A DNA stretch of 64,000 nucleotides from Clostridia bacterium (GTDB lineage Bacteria > Bacillota > Clostridia > Oscillospirales > CAG-272). The DNA lies in contig JAFZPN010000058.1 in NCBI GenBank assembly GCA_017550315.1, forward strand, positions 4,793 to 68,792. The letters are read 5' to 3'. A program made the translations under genes and the position numbers. Position 1 is the first letter of the stretch. Every line of letters starts with the position of its first letter. The notes below the pieces were generated by a model. That model saw only the letters and a list, made by a program, of their open reading frames with translations, was not told where the DNA came from and did not search any database. This document shows positions 36,640 through 45,037 of the stretch, one piece after another.

Positions 36640-39600
36640 ATGAAAGCAGGAAAATGGCTGGCGGCGGTCCTTGTGTTCTGCATGCTGCTCAGCCTGACGA
36701 CGATGGGGGTTCTGGCGGGAGCGGAAACGGATCTTTCCGCCGCTGCGTCCGGATCTGCCCAGGAACAGGCCGGGGTCCGGGGACTTCAGGCGGGACGAGA
36801 AGGAAGCGCTTCTTTCTCTCTGATTTCTTCGGAGGATCCGATATCCATCACCGGGCCCGGCGTAACGCGTGTTTTCTGTACGCTCAACGAACTGACGCTC
36901 GGCCCGATCGGCACCGGCGGCAAGTCCATCGATGCGGCGAGCGTTCGGTTTGCGTTTTTTGCTTCTTATGAAGGCGCGGAATTGACCGACGGGAAAGGCC
37001 ACACCTTGTCGATATACGTCATGGAGAATTCCGAGCCGTGTATGACGGAGTGGATCGAGCATGACTTCGTCGAATCCGAAGTTCCGGGCGGCTTCACCGT
37101 ATCTGTTTATGTATATAAGAGCCACTGGGAAGCCTGCGAACCCGGGATCTATACGGGTCCCCTGGTCTACTGCGCCGTATGGACCTCTGCCGACGGCGAG
37201 AAGATCTATGAATACAGAAACCTGAACGTGTCCGCCAAGGTGACCGACCCGGATCAGGCGTTTTCCGTCACCGTCGAAGACACGGTCGGCGGGACCCTCA
37301 TCGCGGACAAAGCGTCTGCGAAAGCCGGCGAAACGGTCACGGTCACGGCGGCTCCGGCCGAAGGATATTCGTGCGGCGGCATTCAGGTCACGGGCGCCGA
37401 GGCGCAGAAGACTGAGGAGAATGTCTATACGTTTACCATGCCCGATTCGGATGTGACGGTGAGCGGTCAGTGGGGCATGAGCTGGGCGACTTTGCAGGCC
37501 CGGATCAACAGCGCGGCGGACGGCGAGACCATCGTGCTGTATGCCGACTGCACCGCCGCGGCGGGGGACACCGTTCTGACAGTCAGGAAGTCCCTCACCC
37601 TCGATCTCAACGGACATACGCTTGACCGCGGACTGACCAAGGCGGCGACGGGCGGCAATGCCATCAGCGTCACCGGTTCCGGGAAACTCAAAATCCGCGA
37701 CAGTGCCGGCGGCGGGACCATCACCGGGGCGTTCAACACCGGCAGCGGCGGCGCGATCACAAACAACGGAACGGTGACGATCGAAGGCGGAACGTTTACG
37801 GGAAACACCGCCAAGGAAGCCGGAGCCGTATATAACTCGTCCGGAGCCGTGCTGAACGTCAGGGGCGGCGAGTTTACCGGCAACAAAGTCACGACCTGGG
37901 GTGGCGGCGCGTTCGTGAACTACGGCACGATGACCATGTCCGACGGTACGATTTCGGGTAACAGCGTGCCCATGAACGGCGCCGGCATCTGGACCTCCGG
38001 GACGCTTACCCTCACGGGAGGACGGATCGAGGACAACATCCTCGAATCGGACACCGGCAACGGCGGCGGGATCTACTTCAAGGACGGCACGCTGAATATC
38101 TCCGGTAACCCCGTGGTCATCGACAACACGAAAAACGACTTGCACATGCTCTCCGGCAAAACCCTCACGGTGACGGGGGATCTCGACGCGTACATCGGCG
38201 TGAGCAAAGAGGGATCCCTGCCGAGAAAAATCACCAAGGGGCTTTCCGGAAAGGGAACGGACTACGATTTCTTCAGCAGCGACGACTCGCTCGGCGTTTT
38301 TATCGACAGCGACGGCGAGCTGATCGTCCGGAAATACCGGTTTGAAATCGACTCCGGCATCACCGGCGGCAAGGTGACGGCGGACAAGACCAATCCCCTG
38401 CCGGGCGACACCGTCCGTCTGAGCGTCGTTCCGAATGCGGGGATGAAGATCAAGACCGTTACCTGCATCACCGACGACTACTGGACCTACGAGCTGTATC
38501 CGGACGAACAGGGCAATTACAGCGTGGAAATGGTAAAGGGCGACGTCGTGATCAAGGCCGAGTTTCTGCCGGATGTCCACGAATATGACATCTGGCTGGG
38601 CGGGACGCAGGTCAGCGAAGCCAACAAGAACAATATCCTCGGCGCGAGCAAGGCCACGGCGGTCTACAATCCGGATACCCATACCCTGACCTTGGACAAA
38701 CCGGTCATCACCGGGGAGAACTACTATGGCGCCATGATCTTCGCGGAGGATCAGGATCTCGTGATCGTCGCCAAAAGCCCGCTGACGCTGAACAGCGGAT
38801 ACGATACGGCCATCCGCGTCCGCACCGGGAATCTGACCCTGAGAGGGACCATTACGGTTTCCTCCGATTATGATTCCGCGGTTTATGTCTCGTCCTACTA
38901 CGACGAGGGCGGAAATCTGACGGTCGAAGGCAATCTGACCGCCACATGCCTCAGTCAGTACGGCAGCGGTTATGCCGTGTATGCGGATCAGTCGATCAAG
39001 GTGACAGGGTCCGGCAAGGTAACGGCCAAAGGTTCGGATTACGGGATGTACTGCTACGACGGCGACGTCGAGCTGCTCGGTCAGAGCGTCACCGCGGAGG
39101 GCGGCGATGCCGGATTGTACGTTGGCGGCGACGCAACCGTCAACTGCAACGCTGCGTTCAAAGGCGGAGAAGACAGCGGGATCGAATGTGATAATCTCAC
39201 GATCCTCGGCGGAACGGTAACGGCCGAGGGCAGCGACGATCCCGGCATCAGCGCGGGCGGCAGCGTCACGATCTCCGGCGGGACCGTTACGGCCAAGAGC
39301 GTTTATGACCGCGGCCTGGAAGTATATGATGATCTCACGGTCACCGGCGGAACGGTGAAAGGAGAAAGCAACAAGTCCAGAGGCATCTATGTCGGGGAGA
39401 ACATGTACCTCTCCGGCGGCACCGTAACGGCAACAACCTCGGATGACGACGCCCTGATGGTATACGGCGATCTCACGGTCACCGGCGGTACTCTGACAGC
39501 CGCCGGCACGGAATGGGGCATATACGTAAACGGAAGTCTGGCGCTTTCTTCCGGCTTTACGCGGATTACGGGGAAAGGCTCCATGGACGGGGCGATCCGC

Positions 39601-41769
39601 GCGGAGGGAGGTATCGGCGGTCAGTTCCGGATCAGCGAACCGGCCGGCGCTTTCCTGAACGAAGAGGGGACAAGGATTATTACCGGATACAACGGAAGCG
39701 GAGACGAGATCCCCGCGACCCAGGCCGTACTTGTACCCGATTCCTCCTCCGAAGCGTATTGGCTCGTAAAGATCTCCGGCGTGGAAGGCGGCTTCGTAAG
39801 CGCGGACAAGTATTCCGTAAAGGCCGGCGCGAACATCACGCTGACTCCCGAGCCCAAGGATGGATACACCTTCATTACGTGGCAGGTGACCGACGGATCC
39901 GGAAAGACCGTGACCGTCTCGGACGACAGCTTCACCATGCCCGCCTCCGACGTGACGGTGAGGGCAATCTTCATGACCGGCGAAGTGTCCTATGTCGACG
40001 CCGACGGCAGGGAACAGACGCCCGTCACCGAATTCTCCGTGATAACGGGCGACATGAATTACTGGCGTTCCGGCTGGTATGTAGCCTTCGGCGACGCTGT
40101 CGTGGAGCGCTGCATCAACGTTGCAGGCAACGTCAACCTGATCCTCTGCGACGGCGCGGCTCTCACGTGCGAATGCATCTGGGTCAGCAACGACGCCAGT
40201 CTGACGATCTGGGCGCAGAGCACCGGTGAGAACGCCGGCAGACTGATCGCCGACAACAGCGATATGAACAACGGCACGTCCTGCGCGGGCATCGGCAGTC
40301 CCTACACCTCGGGTCCCGTCACGATCAACGGCGGCTTCATCACCGCGAAGGGCAGCTCCGGCTGCGCGGGCATCGGCGGCAATTACTCCGGGACGGGCTC
40401 CGTCACGATCAACGGCGGCACGGTGAATGCGGAAGGCGGCTCCAGCGCTGCGGGCATTGGCGGCGGAAGAGACGACGAGGAAGACCCGGTCGTCGTGATC
40501 ACCGGCGGGACCGTATACGCGGAAGGCGGCTTCCTGGGCGCGGGCATCGGCGGCGCCTACAGACACGGCGCCGGTTCCGTCACGATCAGCGGCGGCACGG
40601 TGAACGCGGTCGGCGGTTATGAGGCGGCAGGCATCGGCTGCGGAAACGGCGGGAGCGGCGGCACGCTCACGCTGGACTATGAATCCGTCGGTCCCACGAC
40701 ATGCGTTACCGCCAGCAGCTACGGCGGAACGGTAATACTGGCCAAAGCCTTCAAGGATGAGAACGGCGATCTCTATGCGGCGACATCTTCCGCGGACAAG
40801 TCGGCACTGAAGGGAAAGACCCTGACGCCCTCCGGTCCGATATTCAAGACCCAGTCCGTCATCCTCTCCGGCCAGATCGGCGTGAATTTCTTCCTGGATC
40901 TCTCTCCCCTGACGGAAGAGGAAAAGGCGGCGAGCTATGTGACCTTCGCGATCTCGGGCAAGGGCACGATCACCGAGCGGGATGATTTCGACGCCGACTT
41001 CATGAATACGACGGGCGACTATTACGGCTTCACCTGCTATGTGAACGCGATCCAGATGGCGGATACCATCACCGCCGTGTACCACTATGAGCAGGGCGGC
41101 AGTTCGTGCACCGCGGAAAAGACCTATGCAATCCGGGACTATTTTACCGGCTTTGACAGCGCGGTCGCTTCCGGGGCCATCCGGGACAAGACGACGATCG
41201 ATCTGGTCCATGCTTTCGCCGATTACGGCCACTATGTCCAGCCGTTCCTGTCCTCGGTGCGCGGCTGGAAGCTCGGCTCGGACTACGCGGCGCAGGATCG
41301 CTTCTACGCGATCTATTCCGACGCGGATATCCGGAGCGCCAGGGACGACGTGGCCTCCCGCGCCCTCGTGACGGACAACCGGACGGGCGGCGACATTGCG
41401 GAGATCACCCACTCCCTGACGCTGGACAGCAACACCGTGATCAACGTGTTCTTCCAGCCCGCGAATCGCTATGACGGCGTCTTCACGGCCTCCGTGGACG
41501 GCGGCGAAGCGGTTGCCTGCGAAAAAGGCGACGACGGGCGGTACTGCGTGAAGATCGAAGGCATCTCGGCGCATCTGCTGAGCGAGGACCATACGGTCAC
41601 CGTCACGACGGACAACGGCTCGGCGGACGTCACGGTCTCGGCGCTGTCCTACGTCAACTCCGCTTTGAATGCCTACACGGACAACAGCGAAGCGCTGAAC
41701 GCGGCCATGGCGATCTACCGCTATTCCAAAGCCGCGGACAGCTACAAGGCTGCCTATCCGGATGACTGA
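36640..41769 (+). CDS. 1709-aa secreted beta-helix repeat surface protein (Pmp-like GGAI repeats, three divergent InlB-B-repeat-like modules, AGIGG repeats); no recognizable wall anchor
   Basis: GGAGG RBS plus ATG 36640. Signal peptide MKAGKWLAAVLVFCMLLSLTTMGVLAGA. See the repeat features below. The in-frame extension upstream to 35956 overlaps the MATE gene and was discarded. Confidence 0.85.
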   Translation: MKAGKWLAAVLVFCMLLSLTTMGVLAGAETDLSAAASGSAQEQAGVRGLQAGREGSASFSLISSEDPISITGPGVTRVFCTLNELTLGPIGTGGKSIDAASVRFAFFASYEGAELTDGKGHTLSIYVMENSEPCMTEWIEHDFVESEVPGGFTVSVYVYKSHWEACEPGIYTGPLVYCAVWTSADGEKIYEYRNLNVSAKVTDPDQAFSVTVEDTVGGTLIADKASAKAGETVTVTAAPAEGYSCGGIQVTGAEAQKTEENVYTFTMPDSDVTVSGQWGMSWATLQARINSAADGETIVLYADCTAAAGDTVLTVRKSLTLDLNGHTLDRGLTKAATGGNAISVTGSGKLKIRDSAGGGTITGAFNTGSGGAITNNGTVTIEGGTFTGNTAKEAGAVYNSSGAVLNVRGGEFTGNKVTTWGGGAFVNYGTMTMSDGTISGNSVPMNGAGIWTSGTLTLTGGRIEDNILESDTGNGGGIYFKDGTLNISGNPVVIDNTKNDLHMLSGKTLTVTGDLDAYIGVSKEGSLPRKITKGLSGKGTDYDFFSSDDSLGVFIDSDGELIVRKYRFEIDSGITGGKVTADKTNPLPGDTVRLSVVPNAGMKIKTVTCITDDYWTYELYPDEQGNYSVEMVKGDVVIKAEFLPDVHEYDIWLGGTQVSEANKNNILGASKATAVYNPDTHTLTLDKPVITGENYYGAMIFAEDQDLVIVAKSPLTLNSGYDTAIRVRTGNLTLRGTITVSSDYDSAVYVSSYYDEGGNLTVEGNLTATCLSQYGSGYAVYADQSIKVTGSGKVTAKGSDYGMYCYDGDVELLGQSVTAEGGDAGLYVGGDATVNCNAAFKGGEDSGIECDNLTILGGTVTAEGSDDPGISAGGSVTISGGTVTAKSVYDRGLEVYDDLTVTGGTVKGESNKSRGIYVGENMYLSGGTVTATTSDDDALMVYGDLTVTGGTLTAAGTEWGIYVNGSLALSSGFTRITGKGSMDGAIRAEGGIGGQFRISEPAGAFLNEEGTRIITGYNGSGDEIPATQAVLVPDSSSEAYWLVKISGVEGGFVSADKYSVKAGANITLTPEPKDGYTFITWQVTDGSGKTVTVSDDSFTMPASDVTVRAIFMTGEVSYVDADGREQTPVTEFSVITGDMNYWRSGWYVAFGDAVVERCINVAGNVNLILCDGAALTCECIWVSNDASLTIWAQSTGENAGRLIADNSDMNNGTSCAGIGSPYTSGPVTINGGFITAKGSSGCAGIGGNYSGTGSVTINGGTVNAEGGSSAAGIGGGRDDEEDPVVVITGGTVYAEGGFLGAGIGGAYRHGAGSVTISGGTVNAVGGYEAAGIGCGNGGSGGTLTLDYESVGPTTCVTASSYGGTVILAKAFKDENGDLYAATSSADKSALKGKTLTPSGPIFKTQSVILSGQIGVNFFLDLSPLTEEEKAASYVTFAISGKGTITERDDFDADFMNTTGDYYGFTCYVNAIQMADTITAVYHYEQGGSSCTAEKTYAIRDYFTGFDSAVASGAIRDKTTIDLVHAFADYGHYVQPFLSSVRGWKLGSDYAAQDRFYAIYSDADIRSARDDVASRALVTDNRTGGDIAEITHSLTLDSNTVINVFFQPANRYDGVFTASVDGGEAVACEKGDDGRYCVKIEGISAHLLSEDHTVTVTTDNGSADVTVSALSYVNSALNAYTDNSEALNAAMAIYRYSKAADSYKAAYPDD
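37651..38125 (+). repeat. polymorphic-membrane-protein-like beta-helix repeats inside the giant gene
   Basis: Serial units of the type GGAITNNGTVTIEGGTFTGNTA / GGAFVNYGTMTMSDGTISGNS / GGGIYFKDGTLNISGNP. Confidence 0.7.
38780..39615 (+). repeat. beta-helix coil repeats of about 22-24 aa inside the giant gene
   Basis: More than 10 successive units such as GISAGGSVTISGGTVTAKS / GLEVYDDLTVTGGTVKGES / ALMVYGDLTVTGGTLTAAG. Confidence 0.7.
40271..40680 (+). repeat. AGIGG-type glycine-rich repeats inside the giant gene
   Basis: Five units: CAGIGS..VTINGGFITAKG / CAGIGGN..VTINGGTVNAEG / AAGIGGG..VITGGTVYAEG / GAGIGGA..VTISGGTVNAVG / AAGIGCG. Confidence 0.7.
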
Positions 41770-41792
41770 GAGGACGGAAAAGAGAGGTATTG

Positions 41793-42599
41793 ATGATGAA
41801 AAAACTACTCGCATGGACTCTTGCTCTCGCGATGCTGTTCGTCTGCCTGAGCGCCGCCGTTTCCGCCGCCGGATTCACCGACGGGGACAGCATCGGCGAC
41901 CCGTACAAAACCGCCGTGGAGCAGATGACCGCCCTCGGCGTGCTGAACGGCTTCCCGGACGGGACCTTCCAGCCGAAGGGAACGCTCACGAGAGAACAGG
42001 GCGCGAAGATCATCGCGTATATGCGCCTCGGCAGCGACGTGAATGCGCTGACCTGCTCCGAAGCGCCGTTCGCCGAGGTGGAGGCCGACCGCTGGTCCGC
42101 GCCGTCGATCGCGTGGTGCGCGGATCGCGGGATCCTGCTCGGCTACGGCGACGGCACGTTCGGTCCGACGGATCCGCTGACGGGCGATCAGTTTGCGAAG
42201 ATGCTGCTCTGCGCGTTTTCGCTGGGCGATCCGGCGCGCTATGCGGGCATCGGCTGGTATGAGCGCGTCCGGGAAGACGCCGGGGCAGCGGGCCTCTATG
42301 CAGGCGACAGCACCATGGCCACCGATCGGGCGATCAGCCGCGAACAGGCCGCGCTCCTCGCCTGGAACGCGATCAAAGCCGCGGAAAAGGCCGCCGCGGA
42401 CAAGCTCGAAGCTGCCGGCCATGCCGGAAACACCGGAACTGCCGGAACATCCGGCACGGCGGGGGGCAGCGGGTATGACAGCGCCTCGCTTGCCTGGCTG
42501 AACTACCTGCTCAGCCAGCTCGCCGCCGGCAGTCAGACATCGGGGAACGGTTCTTCTTCCCACACCGGCGAGGACATCGAACTGCCGGATCTGCCGTAA
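41793..42599 (+). CDS. small S-layer-homology (3x SLH) protein with low-complexity C-terminal tail
   Basis: GAGAGG RBS and ATG 41793, 24 nt after the giant gene stop. Signal peptide ...LSAAVSAAG. Three SLH units (FTDGDSIGDPYKTAVEQMTALGVLNGFPDGTFQP; FAEVEADRWSAPSIAWCADRGILLGYGDGTFGP; a third, degenerate one). The Gly/Ser/Thr tail ends GEDIELPDLP. Confidence 0.85.
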   Translation: MMKKLLAWTLALAMLFVCLSAAVSAAGFTDGDSIGDPYKTAVEQMTALGVLNGFPDGTFQPKGTLTREQGAKIIAYMRLGSDVNALTCSEAPFAEVEADRWSAPSIAWCADRGILLGYGDGTFGPTDPLTGDQFAKMLLCAFSLGDPARYAGIGWYERVREDAGAAGLYAGDSTMATDRAISREQAALLAWNAIKAAEKAAADKLEAAGHAGNTGTAGTSGTAGGSGYDSASLAWLNYLLSQLAAGSQTSGNGSSSHTGEDIELPDLP

Positions 42600-42632
42600 A
42601 CATGCCATAACATCCCGAAAGGAGAAATCGAT

Positions 42633-42806
42633 ATGCCGAAGAAAGAAAAGAAGCTGACCCTCAAGGAAGAGCCGAAGAAGGAACTCAAGGCGGAGGACCT
42701 CGAGAAGGTCGCGGGCGGTACGGATCCCACGCCGGACCCGCAGCCGGAGGAGCCGAAGCCCGAGAAAAAGAAGAGCGGCGACATCACTCTGCCGGAGATT
42801 CCGTAA
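42633..42806 (+). CDS. 57-aa double-glycine-leader peptide precursor (not in the supplied ORF track)
   Basis: GGAG at 42621-42624, 8 nt before ATG 42633. Translation is MPKKEKKLTLKEEPKKELKAEDLEKVAGG / TDPTPDPQPEEPKPEKKKSGDITLPEIP. The leader fits the L(-12) acidic(-8) L(-7) V(-4) GG consensus. A strong terminator follows directly. Confidence 0.6.
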   Translation: MPKKEKKLTLKEEPKKELKAEDLEKVAGGTDPTPDPQPEEPKPEKKKSGDITLPEIP

Positions 42807-42828
42807 ACAAAACACCCAGTGATCAAAC

Positions 42829-42887
42829 AAACCCCGGATACGGCATGCAGGCTTCCGAGCCCTGACCGTATCCGGGGTTTTGTTGTG
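42829..42887 (+). terminator. strong rho-independent terminator ending the surface operon
   Basis: 15-bp perfect stem AAACCCCGGATACGG / CCGTATCCGGGGTTT followed by TGTTGTG. Confidence 0.8.
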
Positions 42888-43137
42888 CCTCTAGTTGACA
42901 GGACCGATGCGGGCCGCACCGTCACGCAGGATCGGGACCGACCGTCATCCGGGTCCGGTACGCCGCGCCGGACAGACCGGGATGATCGAAATCGCAGAGG
43001 CAGACGCTCCCGCCTTCCGGAGGAGCGAGCCGTCCGCGGCGGGGGAAAGCGCGGCAGTCTGTCCCGATAACGCCCCTTCCGCGTGCGGGTTCTTTGTGAG
43101 AAGCACATAGAAATCCGGAAAACTTTCACAAAAAATG

Positions 43138-43166
43138 TTGCAATTTGCTCGGAGGCGTGTTATAAT
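43138..43166 (+). promoter_or_regulatory. near-consensus promoter of the NSS transporter gene
   Basis: -35 TTGCAA (43138-43143), 17-nt spacer, extended -10 TGtTATAAT (TATAAT 43161-43166). Confidence 0.7.
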
Positions 43167-43207
43167 GATAACACTTTTAAAAACTTTATTCAACAGAGGT
43201 GATTTCC

Positions 43208-44734
43208 ATGCGCGACAAATGGTCATCCAGAGCAACCTTTATCCTGGCTGCGGTCGGTTCCGCAGTCGGCCTGGGCAACGCGTGGCGTTTTCCGGGTCTT
43301 GCCGCCAAACACGGCGGAGGCGCCTTCCTCTTCGTCTATATCCTTGCCATGCTTCTGATCGGCATTCCCCTTCTGATGATGGAGATCGCAATCGGCCGCC
43401 GTACCCGTCAGGGAGCGCCGGGGGCCATGCGCGCCGTCCACAAAACCGGTGAACACGCCGGCTGGATCGCCGTATCCAACGGCATCGCAATCGGCATCTA
43501 CTACGCGGTCGTTTTCGCGTGGGTCATCCTGATGTTCCTCTTGAGCTTCAAGTTCGCGGGCTTTACCGGCGATACCGAATCCGCCAGCAAGCTGTGGATC
43601 ACGACGATCAACACGACCGGCACGACCTCCGGCTTCGGCACCGTCTCCTGGCCCGTGCTCGGCTGCGTGATCATTGCGTGGATCGCCTGCTACCTGTGCA
43701 TCCGCAACGGCACGACGAGCGTGGGCAAGGTCGTCAAGTACACCGTGTCCCTCCCCGTCATCTGCCTGCTCATCCTCGCGATCCGCGGCTTCACGATGCC
43801 CGGCGCCATGGAAGGCCTTGCGAAACTCTTCGTCCCCGACTGGAGCGCGCTGGGCGATTCCACGCTCTGGGTGGACGCGATCGGACAGGTCTTCTATTCG
43901 CTCTCCGTCGCCATGGCGATCATGTTTGCGTACGGCTCGTTCGTTGACGACAAGGCCAATATCGCGATCGATACCATCATCATTGCGGTTTCCGACTTCG
44001 TCATCAGCCTGCTCGCCGGCATCGTCATGTTCACCACGATGGCGGGCGTCGGCATGCTCGACAACATGAGCGCGTCCGGCATCAGCACCGCGTTCATCAT
44101 CTACCCGCAGGCGATCGTCAGCCTGACGAAGGTGCCGTGGATCAACGCGGCCTTCGCCTATGTCTTCTACTTCTGCCTCATCACCCTCGCGATCGACTCC
44201 CTGTTCTCCATCGTGGAAGGCTCGTCCACCGCGATCGCCGACAAGTTCAAGCTGAACAAGAAGAAGACCACCACGGTCCTCTGCCTGATCGAGGGCGTGC
44301 TCGGCCTGATCTTCGTCACCGGCGCGGGTCTTGCCTGCCTGGACATCGTGGACAACTTCGTCAACAGCTATACCCTCATTCTCACCGGTATCTTCGAGGT
44401 CATCATCGTCGGATGGTGCTTCCAGACCTCCAAAGTGCTGGATCAGATCAACCTCAACACGCAGAAATTCAAGATGCCGAAATGGTGGTTCTACCTCTCC
44501 ATCAAGTTCGTCGCGCCGGTCATCCTCACCGCTCTGTTCGTTTGGAACGTCGTTTCCCTCTTCCTCGGCGGCGGTATTTACGGCGCGGGCGACGGCTACT
44601 CTCTGCTTTCCAACATCATCCTCGGCTGGCTCATCATGGGCCTGAGCCTGATCTCCGGCTTCATCGTAAAGGCCATCGCCAAAGCGAAGAAGACGCCCGA
44701 GGAAGAGGCAGGCTGGGACGATATCCAGGAATAA
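43208..44734 (+). CDS. sodium-dependent neurotransmitter:sodium symporter (NSS/SNF) family transporter
   Basis: AGAGGTGA RBS plus ATG 43208. Hallmark N-terminus WSSRATFILAAVGSAVGLGNAWRFP. About 12 TM. Confidence 0.9.
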   Translation: MRDKWSSRATFILAAVGSAVGLGNAWRFPGLAAKHGGGAFLFVYILAMLLIGIPLLMMEIAIGRRTRQGAPGAMRAVHKTGEHAGWIAVSNGIAIGIYYAVVFAWVILMFLLSFKFAGFTGDTESASKLWITTINTTGTTSGFGTVSWPVLGCVIIAWIACYLCIRNGTTSVGKVVKYTVSLPVICLLILAIRGFTMPGAMEGLAKLFVPDWSALGDSTLWVDAIGQVFYSLSVAMAIMFAYGSFVDDKANIAIDTIIIAVSDFVISLLAGIVMFTTMAGVGMLDNMSASGISTAFIIYPQAIVSLTKVPWINAAFAYVFYFCLITLAIDSLFSIVEGSSTAIADKFKLNKKKTTTVLCLIEGVLGLIFVTGAGLACLDIVDNFVNSYTLILTGIFEVIIVGWCFQTSKVLDQINLNTQKFKMPKWWFYLSIKFVAPVILTALFVWNVVSLFLGGGIYGAGDGYSLLSNIILGWLIMGLSLISGFIVKAIAKAKKTPEEEAGWDDIQE

Positions 44735-44791
44735 GCCGTCATCGGCACGCATGGGGTTTGTGTGAAGCGAATCCCGCAAATCCAAAACAGA

Positions 44792-44830
44792 CCGGGCAGC
44801 AAGAAAAGCGCTGCCCGGCTCTTGTATTTA
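44792..44830 (+). terminator. rho-independent terminator after the NSS gene
   Basis: Stem CCGGGCAGC / GCTGCCCGG followed by CTCTTGTATTT. Confidence 0.7.
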
Positions 44831-44874
44831 CGGCGGAGCCCCCCATCAAATCCTGCCCCGATCCCGGAAAAGTG

Positions 44875-44903
44875 TTGAATTCCGGGGAAGGGTGTGGTAT
44901 AAT
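44875..44903 (+). promoter_or_regulatory. extended -10 promoter of the MBL lipoprotein gene
   Basis: -35 TTGAAT (44875-44880), 17-nt spacer, TGGTATAAT (44895-44903). Confidence 0.6.
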
Positions 44904-45037
44904 GGATCCATGTACCGGGGCACCGAACCGCGGATACACAAGCGGTTCCCGCGCGGGAAGGATGCGGTGCATCCCGCTGGAGAAGATACCGTCCGGTATT
45001 GCCGGTCACGTCGGTCAGGGGAAAAGGAGTTTTGAAA

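Noticed and set aside
36634-41814. 1726-aa ORF antisense to the giant surface-protein gene
   Set aside because: It is codon-aligned with the + strand gene, so it stays open simply because the sense gene avoids TTA, CTA and TCA (high GC3). The product is Arg/Gly/Val-rich low-complexity sequence with no signal peptide, domains or RBS. The + strand product has a signal peptide and coherent repeats.
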